DNA of 64,000 nucleotides from Octopus sinensis (Eukaryota). The DNA lies in contig NC_043021.1 in the NCBI RefSeq assembly GCF_006345805.1, forward strand, positions 744,001 through 808,000. Direction: 5' to 3'. Both the position numbers and the translations under genes were made by a program. The notes under the pieces were generated by a model that worked only from the letters and a program-made list of their open reading frames with translations, did not search any database and was not told the DNA's origin. Of this stretch, positions 38,154 through 50,402 are shown in pieces. Numbering within the stretch: position 1 is the first letter of the stretch; the number at the start of each line of letters is the position of its first letter.

Positions 38154-38264
38154 TCATCTCTCATTTTCATATTTCATCTTTTCATATTTGTGTAATTGTG
38201 GTGTTTTATGTACCCAGTGTTTGTATTGTCCCCTCTGTGTAGCCCTTTATGGGTAATAAAGAAA

Positions 38265-39386
38265 CGAAATCTGAAGAGAAGGACAGTCGTTTACAAAACG
38301 TACTGTCCTTCATCGAAGAAATTCAAGCACTTCGAAAAGTGCGAAATAGAAAAATGCCTGGCCCTTATATGGAAAGATATAAAATACATAGCGAGGGGCC
38401 GGGCATATGGAACAATAGAGGCCAGATTTGAGACGGCCGAAAAAACCCAAGAGCACTCAGTGAGTCCTCTGAAAACGAAGGAGGTGGTGCTGCTACTAAC
38501 ATACATGGGAAGGAGAACAGCCCGCGTCCGAATAAACGAAGTACCACCAGAAATTGAGGCAAGGGAGGTGATGGCCGCCCTGTTGTATAACAGGACGGAC
38601 GAAATCCCCTTCCTCCAAATTACATGCACTGCCCCACAAAATTAGCGATTATTCAAGGAACGCAACAAGACATCGAAATTCTGCCAGAAAGAGTGCTCTT
38701 GGGGGAAGATATTGCCCTCAAGATTCAAGTAGAGGGCAAAAAGCCCACGTGTTTCGAATGTGGCAAAAAAGGCCACATTCGCGTAGAATGTGAAAAATGG
38801 AAGAAAAAAATAAGTGCGCAGACATCAGGCCCTTCAACTGCAGAAAAAGACCCCAAACCCGCACACAAATTATCCCCCACAGAAACAAATACTCCCACCC
38901 CACCATCAGTGGAACCCGCTCCCAAACAAAACACCCCAAAATCCCAAGCCATGCACACACCGGTCCCGACAGAAACAAATGCACCCACCCCCTCTGAAGT
39001 AACAACTCTTCTGGAAGACACCATGGAGGTGACCGAGGGGGAGTTCAAGGCACCCAGCAAAAAGAGAACACATTCACCTTCCCCATCCATATCCCCCCAC
39101 AAAGAAAAAAGAAGAAAAGCAGCACACCACAGAGAAAAAAAGATCCCGCTCCACTGTCCCAGAAGAGAAAATAAAAAAGAACAAAGACGGAACAAAAACC
39201 CTGGTAAAGTTTGATACCAGGGATAAATATATTATGGACATTTTAAAAAAGCACCACACCGTGGAGCTGTTGCAGCATCCCGAAGGCACGGAAGGGAGAT
39301 GTGCCTGGATATCAGAAAAATTGTATAATGAAATGAAGGGTAGGCATCCGAGGACCATCACGAACATCCCGGACCTTCCGTGGTAG
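38265..39386 (+). pseudogene. Second, divergent Tx1/L1-type ORF1 (frameshifted, N-terminus missing or displaced)
   Basis: Aligns by eye with the first ORF1 (YIARGRAYGTI vs FLARGINFGTV; YMGRRTARVRINEVPP vs YLGRKTTRIRVEGIPP); intact knuckle CFECGKKGHIRVEC. Confidence 0.85.
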
Positions 39387-39499
39387 TTGAAGAAGTAGGA
39401 GGAAAGGACTGCCTCACGTGTGGTGAGGTCAGCCCCAGCATCACCAATAAAAGGAAAAGTCAAAGAGTAAGTAGAACCCTTGCATTTCTTTTGTTTTAA

Positions 39500-40040
39500 A
39501 TGACTGCACTTAACCTTGGATGTTTGAATGTGCGTGGTCTGAGCTCGAAGTGGAAGCAAGCTTGTTTCCTCGATGACCTCAGATCACACGATATGCATGT
39601 GATGGTTGCTATAGAGACCAAGCTGGGTAGTCTACAAGCCTTCTCGCCCCTCCTGAATGACTATGAGAAAATCATGTCTCCGAGCCGGACCGGAGGGCGA
39701 GGGGGTGTAGTTAGTAGTAGTGGTTCGAAAAGGCTTGGCTCTGCAGACAAGTACAGTCTATGTAGACCCAGAAGGTGGGCTGGTCGGCCTTGACGGGGTG
39801 CAACCTAGAGTCAAGAAAGAAAACCAAGGTCAGACGCTTGGCCTCTGGAATGTCACCAGGCGCTCACTGCTCTCATACCAGTTAGATGATACGGTCAATA
39901 AAGGGTCTGCGGTAGCTCTATGTAGAAATCCAGGGATGGATAAGGGCGATGACTTTCTCCGGGAAACTCTAGACCTCGGCGACGATGAATTAGCAGCTGG
40001 CCCCTTTCGGAGGAGTTTCGCTGAAGTCCATTTATTTTGG
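39500..40040 (+). pseudogene. Tx1/L1 ORF2 with APE endonuclease N-terminus fused to the post-RT C-terminal region (RT deleted)
   Basis: MTALNLGCLNVRGLSS..IETKL, GGV, VYVDPEGGLVGLD, followed directly by DDFLRETLDLGDDELAAGPFRRSF. Confidence 0.75.
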
Positions 40041-40373
40041 CTCCCCATACCCCACCCCCATCCACCCGTCTTTCCTTTTCTACTCTTTATACAAACTTTA
40101 AAACAAATCTTAAAATTAATATAACAAGAGTTATTTCCCTTGCATTACTCGTCAGGAAAGTGAGCGCGCGCGCACGTGCGTGTGTGACATAATTTTACTT
40201 GTGCTCGTCAAGATGGGAGGGACAGCTCCCCATAACTCTAAGATGCGTGGGAGGAAGAGGGGGAGAGACAGCGAAACCTGGAGACACGTCCAAAATACAA
40301 CAGTTGGAGGATTTCAGTAAACTCTCGTGTTACTGTTTAAACATAAATTCTAGAACTTTTGAAAGGCATCCCT

Positions 40374-40551
40374 TGTATGTATGTATGTATGTATGTATGT
40401 ATGTATGTATGTATGTTTGTATGTATGTATACATGTATGTATGTATGTATGTATGTATGTATGTATGTATACATGTATGTATGTATGTATGTTTGTATGT
40501 ATGTATACATGTATGTATGTATGTATGTATGTATGTATGTATGTATGTTTG

Positions 40552-40585
<34 letters not shown>

Positions 40586-40785
40586 TACATGTATGTTTGT
40601 ATGTATGTATGTATGTATGTATGTAAGTATGTATGTATGTATGTATGTATGTATGTTTGTATGTTTGTATGTATGTATACATGTATGTATGTATGTATGT
40701 ATGTGTGTATGTATGTATGTATGTATGTATGTATGTATGTATGTATGTATGTATGTTTGTATGTATGTATGTATGTATGTATGTG
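40374..40785. repeat. Long interrupted (TATG)n tetranucleotide microsatellite
   Basis: ~410 bp of TATG with TTTG and TACATG interruptions. Confidence 0.95.
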
Positions 40786-40899
40786 TTTGTGTGCGCGCGT
40801 GCTTGCGTGTGTTTCATTTACTTTCAGCCTTGTAGTAATCCCACCGTGGGGTCTGTGCCGTTGCTGGAGCACCTCCTCTGTATTTACTACTGCTACAAT

Positions 40900-41205
40900 A
40901 CTCCTTCAGTTTCCAGTGTCTGTGTTTCTTGCCTTAAGGTCGGTTCATTAGGGACCTCAGCTTTGAAAGTACCCAGGTGCTTCTTCAATACATCTCAATC
41001 CACTTCATATAAGTTTCTGAGTTTCTTTACCAAAATACGAAAAAGTTGTGCCGTAATTTTTAACCCTGGGCAGTTTCGGTTTCTGGTCTTGATGTCGATA
41101 GGGAGTGCGGGACCTTCGACTCTATGCAATGACGACCGCGATTTGGTGCGAGTCCTTCGAGGATCTTCCATCTTATACATCACTACATATCTTCTCCGCT
41201 TTCTT
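40900..41205 (-). mobile_element. CR1/L2-type LINE 3' end remnant
   Basis: WKILEGLAPN, GRHCI, QLFRILVKKLRNL and VPNEP on the minus strand. Confidence 0.65.
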
Positions 41206-41221
41206 TATAAAAGTGTTATGT

Positions 41222-41256
<35 letters not shown>

Positions 41257-41727
41257 GAGAAGGGGGGAGGGAATAAAAACTGGAGGGTTCAAGTGAATAA
41301 AGAAAGTAAGAGAGAGAGAGAGATAGACTTCCGCTTGATACGGTGACAAGGAATAATTTGTGAAACCTTTATTCCTTCTCTCTCTCTCTCCCTCCTCCCA
41401 CCTTCTCTCCCTCTCTTCCCATTCCTCCCACTCCCTCACTCCGTCTCTGTCTCCCCATCCAAAGTCCCGGTGTCTTTCTCTGTCTGTCACACTTTCTCCA
41501 CATCAGCAGCGACAGACAGATGTGGTTGGTACACAACAGCTGACACCCTCCACCACCACCACCATTGTTGTGGTGGCAGCGACGGAGGCGGAGGGTCTGC
41601 TGATGGCGGCGATGGTGGTCTTGTTAGACAACTTACATCAACAACAAGAACACTAACAACTTCATCGAACATCAGCCAAGCGCCATAGTCATCAGCAGCA
41701 GCCAGATTAACAACAACATCAATCAGA

Positions 41728-41770
<43 letters not shown>

Positions 41771-42567
41771 GCCTCCATCGCCGCCATAAAAACGGTGGAG
41801 GCCGCTTTGACAAACCTAGGAATTAACAAGGAAGGATATAATACAAGTTAATACCTGCTACTACTACCACTACTACTACTGTTATTACTGCTGCTGCTGC
41901 TGCTACTGCTGCTGCTGCTGCTACTGCTGCTACCACTATTACTACTACTGTTACTACTTAGAAAGTGCAGCCAAATCCCACGTTTCCTTTTTTAAGAAGA
42001 ACATTTTGGATAACACAAAAGTGATTGAAATATTACACACGGAGAAGTTGAGAGTGGAACGGATTCGATGACAGGTCTAGGACTGACCAAGGGCTAAAAA
42101 AACAACAACAACTACTACTAATACTACTACTACTACTACTACAAATCAGGAAGGGAAGAAAGAAAAGAGTTTCGAACTGAAGGTAAGTCAGCGCCACTTT
42201 TCTCGTCTGTTCCCGTCGAACTGTTTCCGATGATTGTGCGGACAAGCATGGCACCCACAACATCACGTATCTCCGTCGTCAACATAACCATGTATAAGCG
42301 AGAAAGAGATAGAGAGAGAGTAGGGAAAGAGAGAGACTAAAGTGTCTAGACGAAATCGAAGAATTGCTGAGAGTTTTGTGTAACTATATACGGTGTCGGA
42401 ATATATATATGTGTGTATATAGATACACACACACACATATATGCATATATATAATTATATAATACACATATCTTATATATTTGGATAAAAAAACACAAAA
42501 CTTTTATACATGTATATATACACTTATATATACTTCTATATATATATATATATATATACATATATAC

Positions 42568-42626
<59 letters not shown>

Positions 42627-43113
42627 ACATATGTACATCCATGATATCTCTATTAATGTTTTTAGGTGGGCAGGAGACAATATAAACACGGATGCATGTA
42701 TAAATACATATGTAGATATATGTGTACGTCTATGTATTTATATATGTGTGTTTGTGTGTTTGTGTGTGTGTATTTTCGTACGTACGTATGTATATGCATA
42801 TATGGGGAGGGCTTGTATCAATGTGTGTGTGTGTGTATAAAAGAGGAAGAAATAAATGCTTCTGATTTCCTTTATCGGTCTTTGTTTCAGCACGTTCTTG
42901 TGTGTGTGTGTGTGTGTGTGTGTGACAAAGAGAGAGAGAGAAAGAGAGAGAGACAAAGTCTACTTTTATATATATGTGTGTGTATGTCTATATTTACACA
43001 TACACACATGCTTACGTATGCTTACACATACGTAATACGTGCATACAAAGGTAGACATCCAAGCTTACGTACATACACACACGCACATACACACATACAC
43101 ATACACACATACA

Positions 43114-43145
<32 letters not shown>

Positions 43146-43404
43146 CACACACACTCTCACGCATGTAAACAGACGCATGCACACACAAAATCACGCACAC
43201 ACACACACACACACACAACTGTCAGCGGGGGATGTTTTTATGGATTTTAATTTCGTGGAAACGAAACTTTAAAACTTCGACATTTACGGCTGAAGAAACG
43301 ACAACAACAAGAACAACACGAAACTAACAACAGACGTGTGTGAATGTTATATATGTATGTAGATGTATATATATATATATAATATATATATACAAGTACA
43401 TAAG

Positions 43405-43490
<86 letters not shown>

Positions 43491-43504
43491 TTATTCAAAT
43501 TGCC

Positions 43505-43845
43505 GCAGGCGTGGCTGTGTGGTAAGAAGCTTGCTTCCCAACCACATGGTTATGGGTTCAGTCGCACCGTGTGACACCTTGGGAAAGTGTCTTCGACTGT
43601 AACTTCGAACCGACCAAAGCTTTGAGAGTGGATTTGGTAGACGGAAACTGAAAGAAGCGTGTGTGTGTGTGTTGTGTGTTGTTACGTTTAGGTGTCCGTA
43701 ACTTAGCTGTTCGACCTAAGATATCGACAGAATAGGTACCAGGCTTTAAAAAAAGAAGTATCGGTATCGATTCATTCGACGAAACAAATTCTTCGAGACG
43801 GTGCCCCAGTATGGCCGCAGCCTAATGACTGAAACAAATAAAAGA
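43505..43845 (+). mobile_element. SINE family B copy
   Basis: GCAGGCGTGGCTGTGTGGTAAGAAGCTTGCTTCCCAACC head through GACTGAAACAAATAAAAGA tail. Confidence 0.85.
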
Positions 43846-43846
43846 T

Positions 43847-43885
<39 letters not shown>

Positions 43886-44166
43886 TTGTATATATAGCTA
43901 AAGATACAAATATGCATGTATATACATATGTAAATATATACATCCCGCCCCCAGATGTACTCGTCTTTAACAACTTCCGGTTTCGCGGTAAATACAGTTG
44001 CCAGCATATACACGCTGTCGACATGTGAACATCTGTGCTGCACGAGTGTATAGTTGTTCAAATATTTACATGTTTACCATGTAGACATCAGGTAGAACAG
44101 AGAGTGTAAAGTGGTATGGACGTGTGTGTGTGTGTGTACAGTTTTGAACCATATATATATATATAT

Positions 44167-44223
<57 letters not shown>

Positions 44224-44236
44224 TACATATATATAT

Positions 44237-44305
<69 letters not shown>

Positions 44306-44860
44306 CGAGGCTGAGTCAAAAAGTAATGCCATTTTGTTTTAGGTCAGGTATAATTGCCAACACAGGAACATGTATCATACATCAAAATGAAGCTGGTCCT
44401 CTGTGGATCACATCCCTACATCTCAAAAACATAGTCACCGTTTCTCTCAATAACAATGTTCCACCTTCGAATGAAAGCATGTATCCCTGCCCCGTAAAAT
44501 TCTGTTGACTGTTCTTTGAGCCACTTCTTCACTACAGTTTTCACTTCATCGTCAACAGATTTACCGCCTTCAGACTATCATCTCTTCGGCCCCATGAAAG
44601 AGGTTTGAGAGGCAAACATTATTCCAGTGAGGAGGGAGTGAAGAAGTGGCTCAAAGAACAGTCAACAGAATTTTACGGGGCAGGGATACATACTCTCATT
44701 CGAAGGTGGAACATTGCTATTTAGAGAAACGGTGACTATGTTGAGAAGTAGGGATGTGATCCACAGAGGACCAGCTTCATTTTGATGTATGATACATGTT
44801 CCTGTGTTGGTAATTATACCTGACCTAAAACAAAATGGCATCACTTTTGGACTCAGCCTC

Positions 44861-44861
<1 letters not shown>
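44306..44861. mobile_element. Foldback mariner MITE built from two inverted transposase 3' ends
   Basis: TA|CGAGGCTGAGTC...GACTCAGCCTCG|TA; arms over 200 bp; [32 protein letters not shown] and RNGDYVEK on +, mirrored on -. Confidence 0.92.
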
Positions 44862-44899
<38 letters not shown>

Positions 44900-44989
44900 T
44901 ATGTATATATATATATGTATTCTTTATCCTTTTATTCTTTTACTTGTTTCAGTCATATGACTGCGGCCATACTAGAGCACTATATATAT

Positions 44990-45152
44990 AGGCGCAGGAG
45001 TGGCTGTGTGGTAAGTAGCTTGCTTACCAACCACATGGTTCCTGGTTCAGACCCACTGCGTGGCACCTTGGGCAAGTGTCTTCTACTATAGCCTTGAGCC
45101 GACCAAAACCTTATGAGTGGATTTGATAGACGGAAACTGAAAGAAGCCCGTC

Positions 45153-45155
<3 letters not shown>
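44990..45155 (+). mobile_element. SINE family B 5' half ending in (TG)n
   Basis: AGGCGCAGGAGTGGCTGTGTGGTAAGTAGCTTGCTTACCAACC...GAAAGAAGCCCGTCG. Confidence 0.85.
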
Positions 45156-45208
<53 letters not shown>

Positions 45209-46142
45209 GTGTGTGCGGTCTGACTGAGGAGTATGCTAATATATGTTTTGTAAATATGCATGCGTGTATAGTACGTATATATTATATATGTATGTTACAT
45301 GCATGTATGTGTATGCATGTATGTATATGTATTTACACGTATTGATATAAATATGCGTAATGTGTACACATACATATATATGTATATTATTCATATATGT
45401 GTGTAGGAACCATGATTCTATTTTATAGATTCAATGTTTAAGGAAGCAAAACCCGGCTCCCACGAACTCAGCTCTTCTCCTGAAACGGAATCTTACGACT
45501 ATTTAACCGCAGTTTTTCGCCGATATTTTCTTTGTGTTGAATAGTTTTGGATGAAAATTGTTTGGTGACAAAAGACTCTTATGGGAAACGTTAGGTCAAA
45601 GAATTAGGCACTGGTCAAACTCATCATGTGGCTTGAGCTGCTCCTCTTTAAACCTATGCCAAGATTTAAATATTCACATACACTTGCTATCTTTTATCTT
45701 TTTCTTGTTTCAGCTATTAGACTGCGGCCATGCTGGGGCATCGCCTTGAAGGATTTTTAGTCGAATAGATCGACCCCGGAACTTATTTATATTTTAAGAT
45801 TAGTACTTATTCTATCGCCGTCTTTTGCTGCACCGCTAAGTGACGGGGATATATTGATAAATTCATAAATTTGTATGCGATATATATTATATTAAGTATA
45901 AATATAATTATATACATGATAAATAATATATTCGAAATAGAAATAATGAAATACGTAAAAGTGTAAGTAAATGAATGATTGAAATAATTCGGCAGAGAAT
46001 TCGTAGCGGATCAGATCGATAGTAATCGATTAACATCAATTGGAAAAATGTGTAAATAAAGGCATAAATGTACACATGTGGAACACACATGTAGCTTATG
46101 AAGTGTGTCCATGTTTATATTTGTACATAAAAATCCTGATAC

Positions 46143-46190
<48 letters not shown>

Positions 46191-46232
46191 ATGAGATCGT
46201 TAATTTAAAATAAACCGATCCCTAATTTATAA

Positions 46233-46294
<62 letters not shown>

Positions 46295-47084
46295 AATGTA
46301 TGTGTCCTTTTTCAGTGTGTACAAATAACAAGGAAAAAATAAATAAATAGTTACCAGGGTAACAAAAATTCACGTATGGTATTACGTAAGAGGTATTACA
46401 GCCTACTTATGAAGGTAGAAATTCCAGGGTTAAGGGAAATGCTTTTATATAACATGGACAAATTAAGAAATGGAGTGAAACACAGGTGTTATTCAAATCA
46501 TTTATACTTCCAACATATGTTTCGAAGAAAGCATTGAGATTATTCCGGAGGGAATACAAATGATGTAAAACAATGCAATCATCTCGTCGGGGGGAAAATA
46601 GGAACAAAAACACATCAATAAGCCATTTTAACAGAATGTGATTACTGAGTAAATGATGGAGAGTGACGCTGGCAAGTTATTTTTTAGGAAAAAACCGTTA
46701 AAAGATTTAAGGTCAAAGGTAATTTAGAGAAGGACAAACAGAGAATTAAGAGAGGAAAAATATAGTTTGATAGATGAATAGGAATAAAGTTTAAAAGCGT
46801 GGAAATAGATTTATTTAGTGGAAATGAAATGTAAGAAGATATGGCTTCTTACATTTTCTGCAGTATTTTAAATGATTTTTTTGTTGCATGTAAGTAATTT
46901 ATTCAGTAGATAAAACAGAATAAATTAACTTTACATGCTTTAAGTTACGAAACAATTTGACGGGGTATCTAAATTTTCTTATAGTTCAATAAAATTCCAT
47001 GAAACTATTTGTGTGTGTGTGTGTGTATTGTGGTTGTTTACTTCTAATGCAGAGTTTGGCCACCTCCTCTACCTCCACCTTACA

Positions 47085-47260
47085 ACCATCATAGCATCTG
47101 ATGTGGCTTTTAAAACCTGACTATGTTCAGGAAAGACACCCACATAGATTGCACATCCGATTTGCAGTTGAGTTCTGATCTTTGTGGATCTTAAAATGTC
47201 TTTTGAGGCCTCCATTAGATTTACAAACCTTCTCTGGCATACATTGCATTGAAGGGTGTG
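47085..47260 (-). pseudogene. Degenerate pair of C2H2 zinc fingers, probably a LINE (RTE-like) C-terminus
   Basis: CNVC/EKVCKSNGGLKRHFKIH and CNLCGCLS*T*SGFKSHIRC with a frameshift and stops; no TGEKP linker. Confidence 0.55.
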
Positions 47261-47434
47261 CACAGACATAGAGGCGGAATAGTTGGTGAAATCGGCATGG
47301 GTTATATATATTAGCGCATGATGTAACACACACACACACACACACACCACACACACACCACACACAAACATATATATAACATACTATATATACACACAAT
47401 ATATATATATATTATATATATTATATATATACAC

Positions 47435-47471
<37 letters not shown>

Positions 47472-47773
47472 ATATATACGTATATATATATATACACATA
47501 CATACATACATACACACATACATACACCTACATAGATGTATATTAATATACATATATATGAGTATATGTTTGTATACGTGATGTAGTATGTGTTTGTGTA
47601 GAGGTATGTGTGTATGTAAGTGTGTGGTGTGTGTGTGTGTGTAACACCCTCTCCCAAATCATTCGCCTATCCCTCATATGTAAGAAAGGATGGTAACTGG
47701 ACGAACCCATATTTCACTCCCCCTCCCTCCATCACTCTGCCTCCCCTCCTTCAGAAGCACTTCTTATATATAT

Positions 47774-47831
<58 letters not shown>

Positions 47832-49144
47832 AGGGTTACATCAGACCTTCTTGTACCCGATATCCTCTACTCTCTCCCTCTTACTATTACCCAATCTCCT
47901 CCCCCTATTGTTGTCCCCCCCGCCTCCTTCCGTCCAGCTTTTCCTTTTGTCATCGTCCCCTTCTCCCTTCTATGCAAACTCTTTCTCTTTCACGTCCTGT
48001 TCAGCGAACGAACATAAAAGAGTAATGAAGGAAGGAAGGAATATTTCTAGCTTCATGACTGAGCATCGGGGGGGGGGGGCGATCTCCACCCGTTGCCTGT
48101 TCATACTTTCTTCAGCACGAAAAGGGGTCAATGAGCCCGGAGTTCCCTTCCACCCCGATTTACTATCAGAATTCATTCCCTTCGCCTCCTCCTCCTTCCT
48201 GCCCCACAGGCAGTAAGGGCTTCGACTCGAAGTCGCCCTCCTTGTCTGGTTGCCATTCTCATCCCAGATCGTCCACCCACATCACCGCCAGTGTGAATGT
48301 GGACAGAGTAGTATCTTCCACCTTGAGCCCTTCCCCAGGTGTCCTTCCCCTTGTGCCCTCCCCTTTGAGTCCTTTTCATGTGCCCTCCCTCTTGTACTCT
48401 CATCAGAGACATAAATTAGCAAAAACTAAGGGTTTCCCCACTCCCAGTAGGCTTACGGCAAGCTGGACCCTAATCCGCAGTTTTAAGTTACTGCACTGTT
48501 GCTACATTCGTTGACCCTGCACTGGGTTCTTCCATCGTTTGAGGGGTATTGCATGTTAGCCTTGTGAACGACCTGGCATAAATGGGACTAATGAATACCC
48601 TGTAAAATTTTACAGGGCACAAGATACCGCAACTGATGTTGATACCACGAAAAAACATGCCCAGTACACTTTGTTAGATGGTTGGCGAACAAGTGAAGAT
48701 GATGTAGGGCTGAAAGGAGCGTTTTGTTTTGCCGAGGTTATGACAACCCCTATAGTGTTGGTGTTATGAAAAAATGTACCCAGTACATTTTGTATTGTAG
48801 GTTGGGATACGAAAGGGCACCCAGCCGTTGAAACTAAATCAGAAATAAACACTACGATGGATTGGATTGTGTGGCCGGAGACACGGCTCTGAGTAGATGA
48901 GAATGACATGGTTGGAATCCCTTGATATCATATATATATATATCTACTTGGTCAGAAGCGACCTGAGTTTAAACACCAACCTTCTGAATACTGGCGGCCT
49001 TAAGAGAGCAGCAGACGACTCGAATAAAAGCGAATGGCTGACCTAGAAGTTGAAGGAAGGAAAGAGAAAGACCTCTCAACTTTTCTTCTCTTTTCATCTT
49101 TTATACAATCTACTGTAAGCAGTGAAACCACACACAAACACACG

Positions 49145-49188
<44 letters not shown>

Positions 49189-49699
49189 AATAGATTCGTA
49201 CATGCGTACACACGAACGCACACACACACACACAAGGTAATCTCTTTCACTCTTCCTCTCACTCTCTTCATCTCCTCCTCACACTCTCTATCTTCCTCTC
49301 TCCCTTTCTCTGTCCCCCTCTCTCTCTATCTTCCTTTCTTTTCTTCCCGTCTTTCTCTCAGCCCCCACCCCACCATTCAGTGCCACCGTCTCCCTTCCCC
49401 GATCTCTCTCTCTCACTTTCTCCCTCTTCCTGTCTCTTCCCCCCTATCCAACATTCATCTTCCTTCTCCCACACTCCTCCCTATCTCTCCTCCCCCTTCT
49501 CTCTCTGTTGACCAATCCATTACAACAAACAACAACACTCCTGGTTTCCTTTTTATTTCTTAACCATTTCCCCCCTCCCATCCCCCCCACACTCGCACAG
49601 ACATACTTTATCCTGACAGACACATACATACACACGCACCTATAAACATACATATATATACAGACAGACAGACAGACAAACAAATAAACAGACGGACAG

Positions 49700-49732
<33 letters not shown>

Positions 49733-50142
49733 TAGATATATAGATAGATAGATCGCATTGGTGGTTCAGGAAATCTGAAGTGGTGGCCATCAGACTGAGC
49801 CATCGAATGTATGTGCATGAATACATGGACGTACACACACGTATATGAATACATAGGCACCCCACGAACAAGCACATCCACACACACATTATTTGTGTCA
49901 ATGTGTTTTTATCTTTATTGTCAAGTTTATTGTAACACGGTCGGTCAATGATTACCTCCGTACACCCATACACACACACACACACACGTGTACATTGGTG
50001 GTGAAGTACGGGTGGGAATACACGGGTGCGTATATTCATTTGTGTGTATGTGGGTGTATATAGGTGTGTGGAGAGGAGGTTGAAAGTCTAAATAAGGACA
50101 AAGTATCTGTGGAGAGATATCGGGGTCGAGGTTTTATTGTGC

Positions 50143-50177
<35 letters not shown>

Positions 50178-50202
50178 GATGATGAGATATATATATATAT
50201 TA

Positions 50203-50402
50203 CTACGTCAGCCCATTCTGACTTTATCGTAAAACCTCACCCCGCCACTCTCTCCTATATAATGTCTATGTTTGTGTGTTCTTATATAGACATAAATGTA
50301 TATACGCACAGATGTAGTGCACATATGTAAATACAAATACATATATATAGGAGAGGGTGGCGGGGTGAGGTTTTACGACTAAGTCAGAATGGGCTGACGT
50401 AG
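50203..50402. mobile_element. Tc1/mariner-type MITE, 200 bp with ~58-bp TIRs
   Basis: TA|CTACGTCAGCCCATTCTGACTT..GTAAAACCTCACCCCGCCAC ... GTGGCGGGGTGAGGTTTTACG..AAGTCAGAATGGGCTGACGTAG|TA. Confidence 0.9.

Larger units (their letters stand above)
35595..38264 (+). mobile_element. ORF1-only (HAL1-like) non-autonomous Tx1/L1-type retroelement; 5' boundary approximate
   Basis: 5' region with monomer array, a single ORF1, then ~165 nt of 3' UTR with hairpin and AATAAAGAAA end; no endonuclease or RT sequence between ORF1 and the 3' end. Confidence 0.65.

Noticed and set aside
36789-39214. Interpretation as a retroviral/LTR gag or host CCHC gene pair
   Set aside because: No LTRs, protease or integrase; the downstream APE endonuclease start (LNVRGL) and ORF1 motifs indicate Tx1/L1 non-LTR elements.
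46330-47000. AT-rich minus-strand segment resembling a PLE end with a decayed hammerhead near 46385-46415
   Set aside because: Both core boxes are mutated and no protein motif can be read confidently.
48365-48410. CTGATGAG...GAAA on the minus strand as a hammerhead
   Set aside because: Stems I and III and a cleavage triplet cannot be formed convincingly.
48596-48604. TACCCTGTA match to the miR-10 seed region
   Set aside because: The match ends after 9 nt and is part of a short DNA palindrome, not a pre-miRNA.
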